From assembly GCA_028826165.1 (NCBI GenBank), contig JAPDFW010000114.1, positions 496,001-560,000 on the forward strand: 64,000 nucleotides of DNA, read 5' to 3'. Below are positions 61,458-64,000 of the stretch, piece after piece. Each line of letters opens with the position of its first letter. Within the stretch, counting starts at the first letter, position 1. This DNA comes from Anaeramoeba ignava BMAN (lineage: Eukaryota; Protista; Anaeramoebae). The notes below the pieces were generated by a model. That model did not search any database, was not told where the DNA came from, and saw nothing but the letters and a program-made list of their open reading frames with translations. A program made the translations under genes and the position numbers.

Positions 61458-64000
61458 ATGTCAAAAAAAAAGAATAAAAATAAAAATCAAAACAAAAACA
61501 AAAACAAAAACAAAAACAAAAACAAAAACAAAAACAGAAATCAAAATCAAAATCAAAACCAAAATCAAAATCAAAAACAAAATCAAAAACAAAAGAAAAA
61601 CAAAAAATGGAAAAATAAAGAAATGAAAGAAGATGTTTTTGATAAAGAATTTAGAGAATTAACAAATCAATTACATGAAATTGGTCTTGTTGTTAGAGAT
61701 ATGAAATCTGATGGAAATTGTTTATTTCGAGGTATGAAAAATTATTATTAAAATTATTATTAAAATTATTATTAAAATTATTATTAAAATTACATTTAAA
61801 ATTATTATTAAAATTATTATTAAAATTATTATTAAAATTATTATTAAAATTATTATTAAAATTATTATTAAAATTATTATTAAAATTATTATTAAAATTA
61901 TTATTAAAATTATTATTAAAATTATTATTAAAATTATTATTAAAATTATTATTAAAATTATTATTAAATTTATTATTAAAATTATTATTAAAATTATTAT
62001 TAAAATTATTATTAAAATTAAATATAAATTTATTATTAAAATTATTATTAAAATTATTATTAAAATTATTATTAAAATTATTATTAAAATTATTATTAAA
62101 ATTATTATTAAAATTATTATTAAATTTATTATTAAAATTATTATTAAAATTATTATTAAATTTATTATTAAAATTATTATTAAAATTATTATTAAAATTA
62201 TTATTAAAATTATTATTAAATTTATTATTAAAATTATTTTTAAATTTATTATTAAATTTATTATTAAATTTATTATTAAAATTATTATTAAAATTATTAT
62301 TAAAATTATTATTAAAATTATTATTAAAATTATTATTAAATTTATTATTAAAATTATTATTAAAATTATTATTAAAAATTATTAATAAAATTTATTATTA
62401 AATTTATTATTAAAATTATTATTAAAATTATTATTAAATTTATTATTAAAATTATTATTAAAATTATTATTAAAATTATTATTAAAATTATTATTAAATT
62501 TATTATTTAAATTATTATTAAAATTATTATTAAAATTATTATTAAAATTATTATTAAAATTATTATTAAAATTATTATTAAAATTATTTTTAAATTTATT
62601 ATTAAAATTATTATTAAATTTATTATTAAAATTATTATTAAAATTATTATTAAAATTATTATTAAATTTATTATTAAAATTATTATTAAATTTATTATTA
62701 AAATTATTATTAAAATTATTATTAAATTTATTATTAAATTTATTATTAAATTTATTATTAAAATTATTATTAAAATTATTATTAAAAATTATTATTAAAA
62801 TTATTATTAAAATTATTATTAAAAATTATTATTAAAATTATTATTAAATTTATTATTAAAATTATTATTAAAATTATTATTAAAAATTATTATTAAAATT
62901 ATTATTAAAATTATTATTAAAATTATTATTAAAATTATTATTAAATTTATTATTAAAATTATTATTAAAATTATTATTAAAATTATTATTAAAATTATTA
63001 TTAAAATTATTATTAAATTTATTATTAAATTTATTATTAAATTTATTATTAAAATTATTATTATAATTATTATTAAAATTATTATTAAAATTATTATTAA
63101 AATTATTATTAAATTTATTATTAAAATTATTATTAAATTTATTATTAAAATTATTATATTTATTAAAGCTATTGCTGATCAAATTTATGGAAAACCGCAA
63201 TCACATAGTAAAATTAGAAAAAAAGTAGTTGAATATATTGTAAAGAATAGAAAGAATTTTGAACCATTTATAACATCAACAACATTTGAAGAAGTAAAAA
63301 AAAAATATTTTAAAAAAATTAAAATATTAAAATTAAAATTAAAATTAAAATTAAATAATTAAACAGTTTATTGGAGAATTAAAAAAAGATGGAACTTGGG
63401 GAGGAAATATTGAAATTCAAGCAATTAGTGAAGCATTTCAAGTAAATATTGTAATTCATAGAGCAAATGAACCTTGTTATAATGTTAGAAACTTTGAAAC
63501 CCCAATTTCAACACTTCATCTTGCTTATGAATTTGGTGATCATTATGCTTCTGTTAGAAATAAAGGAGATCCAGCTGGTGAACCACCAACAGAAATTGAT
63601 TTAGAAGAAAGATTTTCAAAAAAAAATGAAGAATTAATTGAACAAAAAATAAATGAATTAAACGCAAATGCAATTAATGAATTACCAAGAACTTTAACAA
63701 AAAGAGAAAGAAAAAGATTAAATAAACAAAGGAATAGAAATATTAAACCAGAAGAAAATGAGAAAAATTTAAATCAAAATCCAAATCAAAATTCAAATGA
63801 AAGTTTAAATCAAAATTCAAATCAAAAATCAAATCAAAATTCAAATCAAAATTTAAATCAAAATTCAAATCAAAATTTAAATCAAAATTCAAATCAAAAT
63901 TTAAATCAAAATCTAAATCAAAAATCAAATCAAAATTTAAATCAAAAATCAAATCAAAATGTTAAAGAATATTCACCTGAAATTTTCCAACTTAGTGAAA
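61458..64000 (+). CDS. OTU-domain deubiquitinase (OTUD3-like), 3' end truncated by the window; exons 61458-61731, 63169-63293, 63366->64000
   Basis: The spliced product has SDGNCLFRAIADQIYG..H..IR..VVEYI..FEPFI..DGTWGGNIEIQA..LHLAYEFGDHYASVR. The catalytic Cys and His are intact. Confidence 0.92.
61737..63166. repeat. 12-bp (AAAATTATTATT)n satellite filling OTU intron 1 (intron 61732-63168)
   Basis: Visible directly; it generates the spurious LLLK and NNNF ORFs. Confidence 0.95.

Overview
A very AT-rich, gene-dense eukaryotic nuclear window with spliceosomal GT-AG introns and the standard genetic code. Poly-NQ tracts and RCC1-BTB/ankyrin-BTB genes sharing an 'RS(E/D)LYRGMF' C-terminal module suggest an anaerobic protist of the Anaeramoeba (metamonad) type; this is inference. 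I reconstructed 15 protein-coding genes, several spliced by hand, and one tRNA-Cys(GCA). In order they are: two tandem RCC1-BTB paralogues, RRP12, ankyrin-BTB, a 1423-aa protein resembling a catalytically degenerate Zator-type transposase, MOB1, a coiled-coil orphan, eL22 with long extensions, a 12-exon SAPS/PP6 regulatory subunit, an ERMARD/DUF4209 double-HEPN-like protein with a ~300-aa NQ insert, a possible shugoshin-like protein, a 3901-aa protein of ~23 C2 domains with a 12-copy 498-bp array, GCN2, neurofibromin and a truncated OTU deubiquitinase. The best leads are the apparently domesticated transposase, a TTTCATT(TT) initiator-like element upstream of all 14 visible start codons, the giant multi-C2 array, introns inflated by locus-specific satellites, a CaaX-tailed BTB adaptor, a 10/11-bp phased satellite and a hairpin over the eL22 5' splice site. 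All family assignments come from motif recognition, not database searches.
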